A stretch of 64,000 nucleotides of DNA from Thomasclavelia sp. (GTDB taxonomy: Bacteria > Bacillota_I > Bacilli_A > Erysipelotrichales > Coprobacillaceae), in assembly GCA_028749475.1 (NCBI GenBank), contig JAQVWN010000001.1, positions 79,945 to 143,944 on the forward strand, written 5' to 3'. The position numbers were made by a program, and so were the translations under genes. Under the pieces are notes generated by a model. The model saw nothing but the letters and a program-made list of their open reading frames with translations, did no database searches and was not told where the DNA came from. Shown here in pieces: positions 26,143 to 34,674 of this stretch. Every line of letters starts with the position of its first letter. The stretch's first letter is position 1.

Positions 26143-28983
26143 ATGAAAAAAATCATTTCACTTACAGTTGCATTGTTAATGATATTTTCAATGACAACTT
26201 ATATAAATGCTACTGAAGATGATTCTTCAGGTGATACTAACGTATCTAATTTAGAGACAACTACTAATAGTAATGGGGAAACTGTAGTTGAAGTTCCTTT
26301 CTACGACGATAATGGAAATCTATACTATGAAGAAGTAGGAGATGGATCAGTAGATGAAGGTATCGCTAGTGCGAGAAGTGATGCTTTTAGTAGTGGAAGT
26401 ATACTAGTGAATTTTAATTACAATATTTCTTCTAGTATTACTACGTCTTATACTAATACAGTTTCAGGAGCGTCTGGATATTTACATGGCCAAGCAAATG
26501 CTGATGCTGTTTATCTTGGAACTGAAAATGGAAAAGTTAAATTTATGCAATCAGGAGTAATTGGACTTGTAGATGCATCTAAAGTTCAACTTGTTTCTGC
26601 ATTGAAATATTATGAAAGCTATTATATTTACGAAGGTAGTGGTTTTTACCATTATATTTGTACTGATGTAAATAATGCACCTGCTAGTAAAATACTGATA
26701 AGTAATAGTAAACCTGCTTATATAACTGCAGGTACTAAATACTATAGTTATGATGGTCACTATTTCTATACTAATTATGATACGATGACTACAAACTATA
26801 AGAGTAATAATCGTAATAATGCAGTAAATAAAAGTAGTCCTTTTTATAACTACTTCCAATATCTTTCAATGAGAAGTACAACTAGTTATTCTGCTTCTCA
26901 ACTTAATTCATATATTACTAAAGTTAAGGGAACTACAACTCAAATGTCTAACTCTGGTAGTAGTTTTATCAACTATCAAAATAAATATGGTGTTAATGCC
27001 TTATTATCTTTTGCAGTAGCTTGCAATGAAAGTGCCTATGGAACAAGCAACATTTCTAAAACTAAAAACAATCTATTTGGACTTAGTGTCTACGATAGTA
27101 ACACTGGAGCAGGTACTACCTATAATAGTGTTGATTCCTGTATTAAAGACTTTATGGAAAGATGGATGTCAACAGGATATTTAGATACAAGTGATTGGCG
27201 TTACAACGGAGCTAACCTTGGAGATAAAGGTGGAGGTTGTAATGTTCAATATGCTAGTGGATCTACTTGGGGAGAAACAGCTGCTAGTATCGCCCTTAGA
27301 ATAGATAACTATCTAGGCGGAAATGAAAAAAGTAAATATACGATTGCTATCAGTGATACCTTAAATAGTGGATATAGTAATGTCTCCATTACTTCTTCAC
27401 CTGGAGGAAGTAATCTTTATAGTCAGGGTAAACATCCTAACTATCCAGTAATAGTGATAGGATCTTCAGGTAATTACTATAAAATTCAAAGTGATAGTGT
27501 ATTAAATTCTGCAGGTACTGCTATCGATAAAACAGGAACCAGTTATAATTACAGTAAAGATGTTGGTTATGTAAGTAAAAACACCTTTACCATTGCCTAT
27601 TCAGGTACTTATACAGAATCTACTACTCCAACTCTTACATATCAAGGATATACTGCTGGTAGCTGGTTAACATCAGTACAAGCAGGAGAAATTGCTGGAA
27701 CAACCGGGCAATCTAAAAAATTAGAGGCCTTTAAAATTAATTTAGATACTGGCTCATATGGTGGAGGAATTAATTATCAAGCGCATGTATCAAATGTCGG
27801 TTGGCAGACTGCTAGGAGCAGCGGCCAAACAGCTGGTATTGAAGGTTCTAATCAAATAGAAGCAATTAAAATAAGTTTAACAGGTAATATATCTAATTAT
27901 TATGATATATATTATCGAGTTCATACTTCAAAAATTGGATGGCTAGGTTGGACCAAGAATGGAGCATCAGCAGGGACTACAAGTTTTGGATTGTCTGCTG
28001 AAGCGATAGAAGTAAAACTAGTGTCCAAAGGTGCTAGTGCACCTGGAAGTACTGATAATTCTTATTATTCAAATGATATCAATTATTCAACGCATGTTTC
28101 GGGCATTGGTTGGCAATCCAATGTTAGTAATGGAACAACAGCTGGAACAACAGGTCAATCAAAAGCAGTTGAAGCATTTAAAGTATCGATGAATAGTTAC
28201 TACAAAGGCAATGTTGTGTATAAAGCCCATGTTCAAAATGTTGGTTGGCAAAGTGAAACTTCGAATGGAAATGTAGCCGGAACAACAGGAAAGTCTCTTA
28301 GAGTAGAAGCTTTTACCATTAATTTAACAGATGAATTAGAAGAGAATTACGATGTTTACTATCGAGCATATGTTCAAAACTATGGATGGCTTGATTGGTC
28401 TTCTAATGGCGCTAAAGCCGGAACAGTTGGATATGGTTACCGAGTTGAAGCAATGCAAGTTAAGATAGTAAATAAAGGAGCAGCGGCACCTGGTGCTACA
28501 ACTAATCCATTCAAAGTAAGTAAAATAACATACTCAACTCACGTTCAAACTATTGGTTGGCAAAGCAGTGCTGTAGAAGGACAAACTTCAGGTACTACTG
28601 GTAAAAGTTATAGGCTTGAAGGTATAAAAATTAACTTAAGTAATCTTTCAGAAATAAATGAAGCAGGTGGAATATCTTATTCAACTCATGTTCAAAATTA
28701 TGGTTGGCAAAATTATGTTAGTAATGGAGCCCTTTCTGGAACTACTGGTAAGTCTTTAAGGCTTGAAGCTATAAAAATCAAACTTACTGGTGACATTGCA
28801 AATGACTATGATGTTTATTATCGTGTTCATGCTCAAAACTATGGATGGATGGGCTGGACTAAAAATAATGAAATGGCTGGAACTAGTGGCTATGGGTATC
28901 GTTTAGAAGCTATTGAAATTCAAGTTGTTAAAAAAGGTGAAACATCACCAGGAAATACAAGTAATTCATATAAAATTAAATAA
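26143..28983 (+). CDS. Secreted peptidoglycan hydrolase: GH73 N-acetylglucosaminidase domain plus 9 C-terminal ChW (clostridial hydrophobic W) repeats
   Basis: Signal peptide MKKIISLTVALLMIFSMTTYINA. GH73-like LSFAVACNESAYGTS...NNLFGL motif. Nine repeats of about 45 aa with the pattern Y-x-x-H-V-Q-N-x-G-W ... G-T-[TS]-G ... R-[LV]-E-A-[IF]-x-[IV]. Confidence 0.8.
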   Translation: MKKIISLTVALLMIFSMTTYINATEDDSSGDTNVSNLETTTNSNGETVVEVPFYDDNGNLYYEEVGDGSVDEGIASARSDAFSSGSILVNFNYNISSSITTSYTNTVSGASGYLHGQANADAVYLGTENGKVKFMQSGVIGLVDASKVQLVSALKYYESYYIYEGSGFYHYICTDVNNAPASKILISNSKPAYITAGTKYYSYDGHYFYTNYDTMTTNYKSNNRNNAVNKSSPFYNYFQYLSMRSTTSYSASQLNSYITKVKGTTTQMSNSGSSFINYQNKYGVNALLSFAVACNESAYGTSNISKTKNNLFGLSVYDSNTGAGTTYNSVDSCIKDFMERWMSTGYLDTSDWRYNGANLGDKGGGCNVQYASGSTWGETAASIALRIDNYLGGNEKSKYTIAISDTLNSGYSNVSITSSPGGSNLYSQGKHPNYPVIVIGSSGNYYKIQSDSVLNSAGTAIDKTGTSYNYSKDVGYVSKNTFTIAYSGTYTESTTPTLTYQGYTAGSWLTSVQAGEIAGTTGQSKKLEAFKINLDTGSYGGGINYQAHVSNVGWQTARSSGQTAGIEGSNQIEAIKISLTGNISNYYDIYYRVHTSKIGWLGWTKNGASAGTTSFGLSAEAIEVKLVSKGASAPGSTDNSYYSNDINYSTHVSGIGWQSNVSNGTTAGTTGQSKAVEAFKVSMNSYYKGNVVYKAHVQNVGWQSETSNGNVAGTTGKSLRVEAFTINLTDELEENYDVYYRAYVQNYGWLDWSSNGAKAGTVGYGYRVEAMQVKIVNKGAAAPGATTNPFKVSKITYSTHVQTIGWQSSAVEGQTSGTTGKSYRLEGIKINLSNLSEINEAGGISYSTHVQNYGWQNYVSNGALSGTTGKSLRLEAIKIKLTGDIANDYDVYYRVHAQNYGWMGWTKNNEMAGTSGYGYRLEAIEIQVVKKGETSPGNTSNSYKIK
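27634..28980 (+). repeat. Array of 9 ChW repeat modules arranged as 3 triplets (coding)
   Basis: Each triplet is two GWQ-type modules followed by one GW[LM]GW-type module, and ends in V-x-K-G-x-x-A/S-P-G. Confidence 0.8.
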
Positions 28984-28994
28984 TTACTACACAA

Positions 28995-29028
28995 AAAGAG
29001 GTGCTTTATGAACGCACCTCTTTATGTT
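28995..29028 (+). terminator. Intrinsic terminator after the ChW hydrolase gene
   Basis: AAAGAGGTGC-(9 nt)-GCACCTCTTT, followed by TTTATGTT. Confidence 0.7.
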
Positions 29029-29064
29029 ACTATGTATAAGTAAAAAATGTGAGGAAAGTATAAT

Positions 29065-30024
29065 ATGGATAACCCATTAATTAGCATTATTATACCTGTG
29101 TATAATGATGAAAAATATCTAAAGAATACAATAGTGAGTATCACAAATCAAACGTATGCAAATATAGAAATAATAGTAATTGATGATGGATCTATAGATA
29201 ATAGCTTGCAGTTATTGAGAGAATTAGCTAATAAAGATCAAAGAATTAAAATAATTCATCAAGAAAATAAAGGTGTATCAGCAGCAAGAAACATTGGGAT
29301 TAAAGAATCTCAAGGGAAATATATAATGTTTGTTGATGGCGATGATATTCTTGATAAGAAGATAGTGAGTCTGTTATTCCAAACACTAATTGAAAGTAAT
29401 GCTGATATTGCTATGTGCGATATTCTTCACATATTTAATACCGATGAATTTCAGTTTGAGTATACTGGTCATCGAGAAATATATACTGGATTTGAATTTA
29501 CTGAAAACATGTGGTATCAAAATAAGTTCATTCCATCTGTATGTGCCAAAATCTATAAAAAAAATCTATTTAATAATTGTCTGTTTGATGAAAGTACAAT
29601 CTATGAGGATGTTGATATACTATATCGTGTTTTTAAACAGATAAATAAAGCAGTATATTTAGATGACAAACTATATGGTTATGTTCACCATGAAAAAAGT
29701 ATTACAACTAATAAGTTTTCAACAAAAGACACGCAAATATTAAATGTTTGTAAAAAGTTATATAACTTTGCATTGGAAAACAAAGAACTTCTTCCAGCTG
29801 CAAAGTCATACTATGTAGCATGTGCTTTAAGAGTTTATCTAAATGCACCAACTAAAGGCTATGAAAAGGCTGTGGAAGAAGCGCAATTAATAATTAATAC
29901 TTTTGGAAAAGAAGTTTTACACGATAATAAAGTAAGGAAAAAGAATAGATACTCAATTAGACTATATTTTATATCTAAGACTTTATTGAGAATAGTATAT
30001 AAGAGGATAAATAGATGGAAATAG
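29065..30024 (+). CDS. Family 2 glycosyltransferase
   Basis: LISIIIPVYNDEKYL...VIDDGSIDNS...FVDGDD GT2 signature. Confidence 0.85.
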   Translation: MDNPLISIIIPVYNDEKYLKNTIVSITNQTYANIEIIVIDDGSIDNSLQLLRELANKDQRIKIIHQENKGVSAARNIGIKESQGKYIMFVDGDDILDKKIVSLLFQTLIESNADIAMCDILHIFNTDEFQFEYTGHREIYTGFEFTENMWYQNKFIPSVCAKIYKKNLFNNCLFDESTIYEDVDILYRVFKQINKAVYLDDKLYGYVHHEKSITTNKFSTKDTQILNVCKKLYNFALENKELLPAAKSYYVACALRVYLNAPTKGYEKAVEEAQLIINTFGKEVLHDNKVRKKNRYSIRLYFISKTLLRIVYKRINRWK

Positions 30025-30866
30025 ATATTTCTATAATAGTACCATTTTATAATGGTAACAAATATATTAATAAACTAATAAAATCAGTTAATGACAGTGT
30101 TAAAATCACCTCATATAAATGTGAACTTATAATAGTCAAAGATTCTATGGATGATGAAGTGGAATATAATAAAGATAATTATTCGATGGATATTAAAATA
30201 ATAAAGAATAAGACTAACTTAGGAATTCATCATTCAAGAGTTGTCGGAATAGAAAATGCTTTAGGAAAGTATGTTATGATGTTAGATCAAGATGATTTGA
30301 TAGCTGAACAATGTATTGAATCTCAGATGAATTCAATCGGTACTAACGATATGGTAATCGGAAATGGATTTGATGAATCAAGGCAAGAATTAATCTATAG
30401 TTCTTTATCGCAACAAAAACTAGCTTTAAATGAAAAATACTATTATTACATTGGCTGTATGATTACTTCTCCAGGACAATGCTTAATAAAAAAAGATGCA
30501 ATACCAAGTATATGGACTAAAAAATTTATAAAAAACAATGGGTCAGATGATTTATTATTATGGTTGTTAATGTTTAATCATAGAAAAAAAATGGTGATTA
30601 ATAATCATATTTGTTATACTCATGTAGCTACTGGAGAAAACATTTCTGATAGTTTTAGTACATTATATACATCTTGTCAGGAAGTGTTAAAATATTTAGA
30701 AAAATATGACTCAGTAAATAGGCATTATAAACGTATTCTTGAAAATAGATTAGAAATGCGTAGAATGTATGAAGGGAAGTTTAAGATTTTTAAGATACTC
30801 GCTATGATTGTTCACCCAAAGATTACATTAGCGTTAATCATAAAAAAAGCTAAAGGGAGATTTTGA
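30015..30866 (+). CDS. Family 2 glycosyltransferase (divergent)
   Basis: ISIIVPFYNGNKYI ... MLDQDD. Overlaps the upstream GT gene by 10 nt. Confidence 0.7.
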   Translation: MEIDISIIVPFYNGNKYINKLIKSVNDSVKITSYKCELIIVKDSMDDEVEYNKDNYSMDIKIIKNKTNLGIHHSRVVGIENALGKYVMMLDQDDLIAEQCIESQMNSIGTNDMVIGNGFDESRQELIYSSLSQQKLALNEKYYYYIGCMITSPGQCLIKKDAIPSIWTKKFIKNNGSDDLLLWLLMFNHRKKMVINNHICYTHVATGENISDSFSTLYTSCQEVLKYLEKYDSVNRHYKRILENRLEMRRMYEGKFKIFKILAMIVHPKITLALIIKKAKGRF

Positions 30867-32014
30867 TGAAAAATATATTTATTGTTGGTTCAAAAGGAAT
30901 ACCTGCCAATTATGGAGGATTTGAAACCTTCGTTGAAAAACTAACTGAAAAAAAGAAAAATAAAGATATTAAATATCACGTAGCTTGTCTAAGTGATAAT
31001 GAAGATGAAGTTGAATATAATGGAGCAAGATGTTTCAATGTTAACGTTAAAAACATTGGACCAGCAAAAGCAATATACTATGATGTATATGCTTTAAAAG
31101 CAGTATTAAAGTACGTAGAAGAGAATAATATCAATGATGGTATTGTTTACATCTTAGCTTGTCGTATTGGCCCATTTATTAAAAAATATGTAAAACTATT
31201 TCACGAAAAGAATATTAAAGTATATGTCAATCCTGATGGCCATGAATTCAAAAGATCTAAATGGTCATGGCCAGTTAGAAAGTATTGGAAACATTCTGAA
31301 AGAGGAATGGTAAAGAGCTCTGATTTATTAATTTGTGATTCAAAAAACATTGAGTCTTATATTCAAGAGGAATATAAGAAATATAAACCTAATACTACTT
31401 ATATTTCATATGGAGCAGATGTCAAAAGTGTTAGAAAAACAAAAGACTATGAAGCATGGTGTGAAGAACACAATATAACACCTGGTAATTATTATTTAAT
31501 TGTTGGAAGATTTGTACCTGAAAACAATTATGAAGCAATGATTAGAGAATTCAAAGCTTCTGATACTAAAAGAGATTTAGTGATAATTACTAATTATGAA
31601 AACAGTTCATTATATAAAAAATTAGAAGACAAATTTCATATGTCTTTGGATGAAAGAATTAAATTTGTTGGTACTGTCTATAATCAAAAGTTGCTTGAAA
31701 GAATTAGGACTTTTGCTTATGGATATTTACATGGTCATGAAGTTGGAGGAACAAATCCTTCTTTATTAGAAGCTTTAGCAACAACTAAATTAAATTTATT
31801 AATTAATGCTTCATTTAATGAAGAAGTTGGAGAACAAAGTTGTGTATATTGGTCAAAAGAAAAAGGCAGTCTTAAAGAAATAATAAATACTGTTGATGTA
31901 TTTTCACCAGAATATATAAATGATTTAGGTATTATGGCAAAACAAAGAATTAAAGATCATTATTCATGGGATTATATAATTGATGAATATGAAAAACTAT
32001 TTATGGGAGAATAA
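30866..32014 (+). CDS. GT1/GT4-fold glycosyltransferase with DUF1972-like N-terminus (RgpA/WchF-like rhamnosyltransferase candidate)
   Basis: IFIVGSKGIPANYGGFETFVEKL N-terminus, characteristic of WchF/RgpA-type enzymes. C-terminal HGHEVGGTNPSLLEA motif. TGATG overlap with the upstream gene; ATG 30866 preferred to TTG 30863. Confidence 0.75.
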   Translation: MKNIFIVGSKGIPANYGGFETFVEKLTEKKKNKDIKYHVACLSDNEDEVEYNGARCFNVNVKNIGPAKAIYYDVYALKAVLKYVEENNINDGIVYILACRIGPFIKKYVKLFHEKNIKVYVNPDGHEFKRSKWSWPVRKYWKHSERGMVKSSDLLICDSKNIESYIQEEYKKYKPNTTYISYGADVKSVRKTKDYEAWCEEHNITPGNYYLIVGRFVPENNYEAMIREFKASDTKRDLVIITNYENSSLYKKLEDKFHMSLDERIKFVGTVYNQKLLERIRTFAYGYLHGHEVGGTNPSLLEALATTKLNLLINASFNEEVGEQSCVYWSKEKGSLKEIINTVDVFSPEYINDLGIMAKQRIKDHYSWDYIIDEYEKLFMGE

Positions 32015-32019
32015 CTAGG

Positions 32020-33543
32020 ATGAAAAAAGGAAAAATCATATCAATGATAATCGAAATAGTTTTCCTTTTTTTAGGTTGTCTAATCTTCTTTTCAGTTCTA
32101 TGGGCATTAAATAATTTTGGTGAGGTATCTGTAAATGCAATGGTTTATACACTTACCACTTCCACTGATGGGACTGATACAAGTGTTTATCTTGACTATG
32201 TTATTTCAGCATTACTACCAAGTCTAGCAATTGTAGTGCTTGTAAATACGCTATATTATTATTTGTTACCAAAGTTTTTAGGCGGTGGTAAAAATAAAGT
32301 AATTAATGTCATTAATCATTTAACTTGGGCCCTAGGAGTGTTTATTCTTGTTGGGGCGTTAGTGTTTGCTAATGGAAAATATGATGTCTTAGGCTACTTA
32401 CAGGCGCAAAATCAAAGCACTAATGTTTTCAAGGAAACAAAAAAGAAACCAGTTGTTTCTGAAGGTGATCAAAATATTGTTTATGCTGAAGCCAATGATG
32501 TAAAAGTTACTGGTTCTGATACAAGGAACTTAATATATATTTATATGGAATCCATGGAAAACTCTTATATGGATGTAGCTAATGGTGGATATAAAACTAC
32601 AAATCATATGCCTGAATTAACGCAGCTAGAAAAAGAAAACACTTCTTTTTCTTACAATGGTAAGTGTGAAGGGCCAATTGATTTTGAAGGAACAAGTTGG
32701 ACAATTGCTTCAATGGTTTCTCAACAAACTGGATTACCTTTAAAAACATCACTAGGAAATGATATGAATAAGCAAACTTATTTCATGCCTGGTGCTAGAG
32801 GTATTGGAGATATACTAGAAGAGAACAATTATAAACAAGTTTTCTTTTCTGGAACAAATGGCACTTTTGCTGGAACTGATAAATTTTATAAAGAACATGG
32901 CAATATTGAAGTGATTGATGAGAATGTTATTAAAAGCAAATATAATATCTCATCTAGTGATTACCAAAGTTGGGGAATTAAAGATTATAAACTTTTGGAG
33001 TGTGCAAAAACTGAACTTACTAATTTATCTAGTTCTAATCAAAAGTTTAGTTTTAATATGGCAACTATTGATCCGCATACTCCTAATGGATATCCATGTA
33101 AGTATTGCCCTAAGGAGTATTCTACTCAATATGAAAATGTAGTTGCCTGTCAATCAAAACTGGTAAGTGAATTTGTTGAATGGTGTAAACAACAACCTTG
33201 GTATGCCAATACCACAATAGTATTATGTGGCGATCACAATTCAATGGCTTCATCACATTTTAATGATTGCCCTGCTGAATACACAAGAACTACATATAAC
33301 TGTATTATTAATTCAAAAATTACAGCTTCTAAACAAACAAATAGGGTATATACAAGATTTGATATGTTTCCTACCACTCTAGCGGCAATGGGATTCACTA
33401 TTGAAGGAAATAAACTTGGACTTGGGACAAATCTATTTAGTAGCTTAAAAACTAATGTTGAAGTTTATGGGGTTGATTATATAAAAACAGAAATATCGAA
33501 GCAATCAGATTACTTAGACAAACAAATATATAAATTCAATTAA
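32020..33543 (+). CDS. Membrane-anchored sulfatase-fold (alkaline phosphatase superfamily) transferase, OpgB/LtaS-like phosphoglycerol transferase candidate
   Basis: About 4 N-terminal TM segments, then an extracytoplasmic domain with IYIYMESME, FEGTSWTIASMVSQQTGLPL and CGDHN motifs recalled from MdoB/LtaS-family enzymes. Confidence 0.65.
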   Translation: MKKGKIISMIIEIVFLFLGCLIFFSVLWALNNFGEVSVNAMVYTLTTSTDGTDTSVYLDYVISALLPSLAIVVLVNTLYYYLLPKFLGGGKNKVINVINHLTWALGVFILVGALVFANGKYDVLGYLQAQNQSTNVFKETKKKPVVSEGDQNIVYAEANDVKVTGSDTRNLIYIYMESMENSYMDVANGGYKTTNHMPELTQLEKENTSFSYNGKCEGPIDFEGTSWTIASMVSQQTGLPLKTSLGNDMNKQTYFMPGARGIGDILEENNYKQVFFSGTNGTFAGTDKFYKEHGNIEVIDENVIKSKYNISSSDYQSWGIKDYKLLECAKTELTNLSSSNQKFSFNMATIDPHTPNGYPCKYCPKEYSTQYENVVACQSKLVSEFVEWCKQQPWYANTTIVLCGDHNSMASSHFNDCPAEYTRTTYNCIINSKITASKQTNRVYTRFDMFPTTLAAMGFTIEGNKLGLGTNLFSSLKTNVEVYGVDYIKTEISKQSDYLDKQIYKFN

Positions 33544-33563
33544 TGTAATGAAATAAGGCATTT

Positions 33564-33592
33564 ACTTGAATTATATATTCTAACATAGTAAA
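33564..33592 (+). promoter_or_regulatory. Sigma-A-type promoter for the lipoprotein gene
   Basis: TTGAAT, 17 nt spacer, TAAAAT. Confidence 0.55.
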
Positions 33593-33634
33593 ATTTATCT
33601 TGTTAATAGTTTAGGGAATTTAAAGGAGAACATA

Positions 33635-34336
33635 ATGTTAAAAAAAATAACTAGCTTATTATTAGCTTTATTAATGGTAATAGGATTAACTGCATGTAGT
33701 AGTGGTACAAGTAAATCAAAAAAGACTGGTAAGACTGATAATGGAATTACCATTAAAGGTGTTAAAGACTTTCAAGAATCAACTGGTCAAATTAAGTATT
33801 TTACAATTGAAGGTAAGAAGTTTGCAATTCCAGAAACTGTTGGAGAATATGCTAACTATCTTGAACAATTAGGAACTGTTACTTTAGGTAGTGATGATAA
33901 AGACATTCATTCTGATACAGTTAAAGCTGGTGGACTTTCATCATTAACAGAATATTTTACTGTTAAAATAGGTGATAATGATGTTAGGTTCTGGGTATCA
34001 TATAAAAATAATACAAAGAAAGAACTTACAATAGCTGAATGTTCAATCACTCAATTACAATTCAAATATGATGTTTATGCTGAACAAGATTATGAAAAAG
34101 CCTGCAAGTCAGTTGTGTTTTATGCAACTAGTACAGATGGGGATACAGTTGAAGTCCCTATGGATGGTAAAATAGGTTACGTTAAGGTGCTTAAAATGTT
34201 AGGAGACGCTTCTCAAGTAACTGATGGACGAATAACTTATAAAGATAGTTTAGGATATACAAATATCTGGGATTGCTGTAATGAAAATAGAACAGGGATC
34301 TTTAGAGGGGTTACAATTAAATATCCATCTAAATAG
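33635..34336 (+). CDS. Lipoprotein of unknown function
   Basis: Signal peptide with lipobox LLMVIGLTAC-SSG. AAAGGAG RBS. No recognisable catalytic motif. Confidence 0.75.
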   Translation: MLKKITSLLLALLMVIGLTACSSGTSKSKKTGKTDNGITIKGVKDFQESTGQIKYFTIEGKKFAIPETVGEYANYLEQLGTVTLGSDDKDIHSDTVKAGGLSSLTEYFTVKIGDNDVRFWVSYKNNTKKELTIAECSITQLQFKYDVYAEQDYEKACKSVVFYATSTDGDTVEVPMDGKIGYVKVLKMLGDASQVTDGRITYKDSLGYTNIWDCCNENRTGIFRGVTIKYPSK

Positions 34337-34342
34337 ATTGAT

Positions 34343-34369
34343 AGACAGAGATTATTCTCTGTCTTTTTT
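34343..34369 (+). terminator. Intrinsic terminator
   Basis: AGACAGAG-attatt-CTCTGTCT followed by T5. Confidence 0.85.
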
Positions 34370-34506
34370 ATTTCTTATTCATTGTTGCTCCATCAACGTT
34401 ATGTTTTTAATTGAATATTATTGAAAAATATATGAAAATTTTCCAAAAACATGTATCCGCTTACATATGTTGATAATGCTTACTATTTTCATATTTATGA
34501 AAATAG

Positions 34507-34535
34507 TTGACAAGTCAACTATAAGGGTAAATAAT
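34507..34535 (+). promoter_or_regulatory. Promoter of the long leader upstream of the ChW cysteine protease gene
   Basis: Consensus TTGACA at 34507-34512. AATAAT/TAAATA -10 candidates 15-17 nt downstream. About 185 nt of leader before the ATG at 34728. Confidence 0.55.
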
Positions 34536-34559
34536 GAAGATGTAGAAGAGAAGTAAAGA

Positions 34560-34649
34560 AGTTACAAGATAATAGCCAAAATTATCGAAAGATAATGACG
34601 GAAAGCTATAGGGCCTGTAAAATGGCAGCCAGTTGCATATAATTGTATG
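34560..34649 (+). promoter_or_regulatory. Candidate c-di-GMP-I (GEMM-I)-like riboswitch aptamer
   Basis: AGCCAAA-ATTATC-GAAA-GATAAT-GACGGAAAGC-TATAGGGCC...GGCAGCCAGTTGC. The GAAA-capped 6-bp hairpin is flanked by CAAA and GACG-N-AAAGC, at the same spacing as my recollection of the Vc2 core GGCAAA-CCAUUC-GAAA-GAGUGG-GACGCAAAGCC...GGUAGC..GUUACC. Confidence 0.45.
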
Positions 34650-34674
34650 GGGCACTGGGGGTGTCCTTATTTTT
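34650..34674 (+). terminator. Leader terminator (putative riboswitch expression platform)
   Basis: GGGCAC-tgggg-GTGTCC (one G-U pair), followed by TTATTTTT, 53 nt before the ATG. Confidence 0.55.

Noticed and set aside
2064-30591. A8/T8 homopolymer tracts inside several glycosyltransferase and GT-C-like genes (2064-2071, 3182-3189, 11029-11036, 21401-21408, 29557-29564, 30584-30591), considered as phase-variation switches
   Set aside because: Eight-nt A/T runs are expected by composition in a Lys-rich genome of about 30% GC, and they also occur in housekeeping regions. They look too short to be convincing slipped-strand switches. All reading frames are intact.
34380-34506. Repeated TATGAAAAT words and an imperfect inverted repeat (ACATGTA..TACATATGT) upstream of the protease promoter, considered as regulator sites
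   Set aside because: They are short, AT-rich and imperfect. They cannot be distinguished from background in an AT-rich intergenic region without comparative data.
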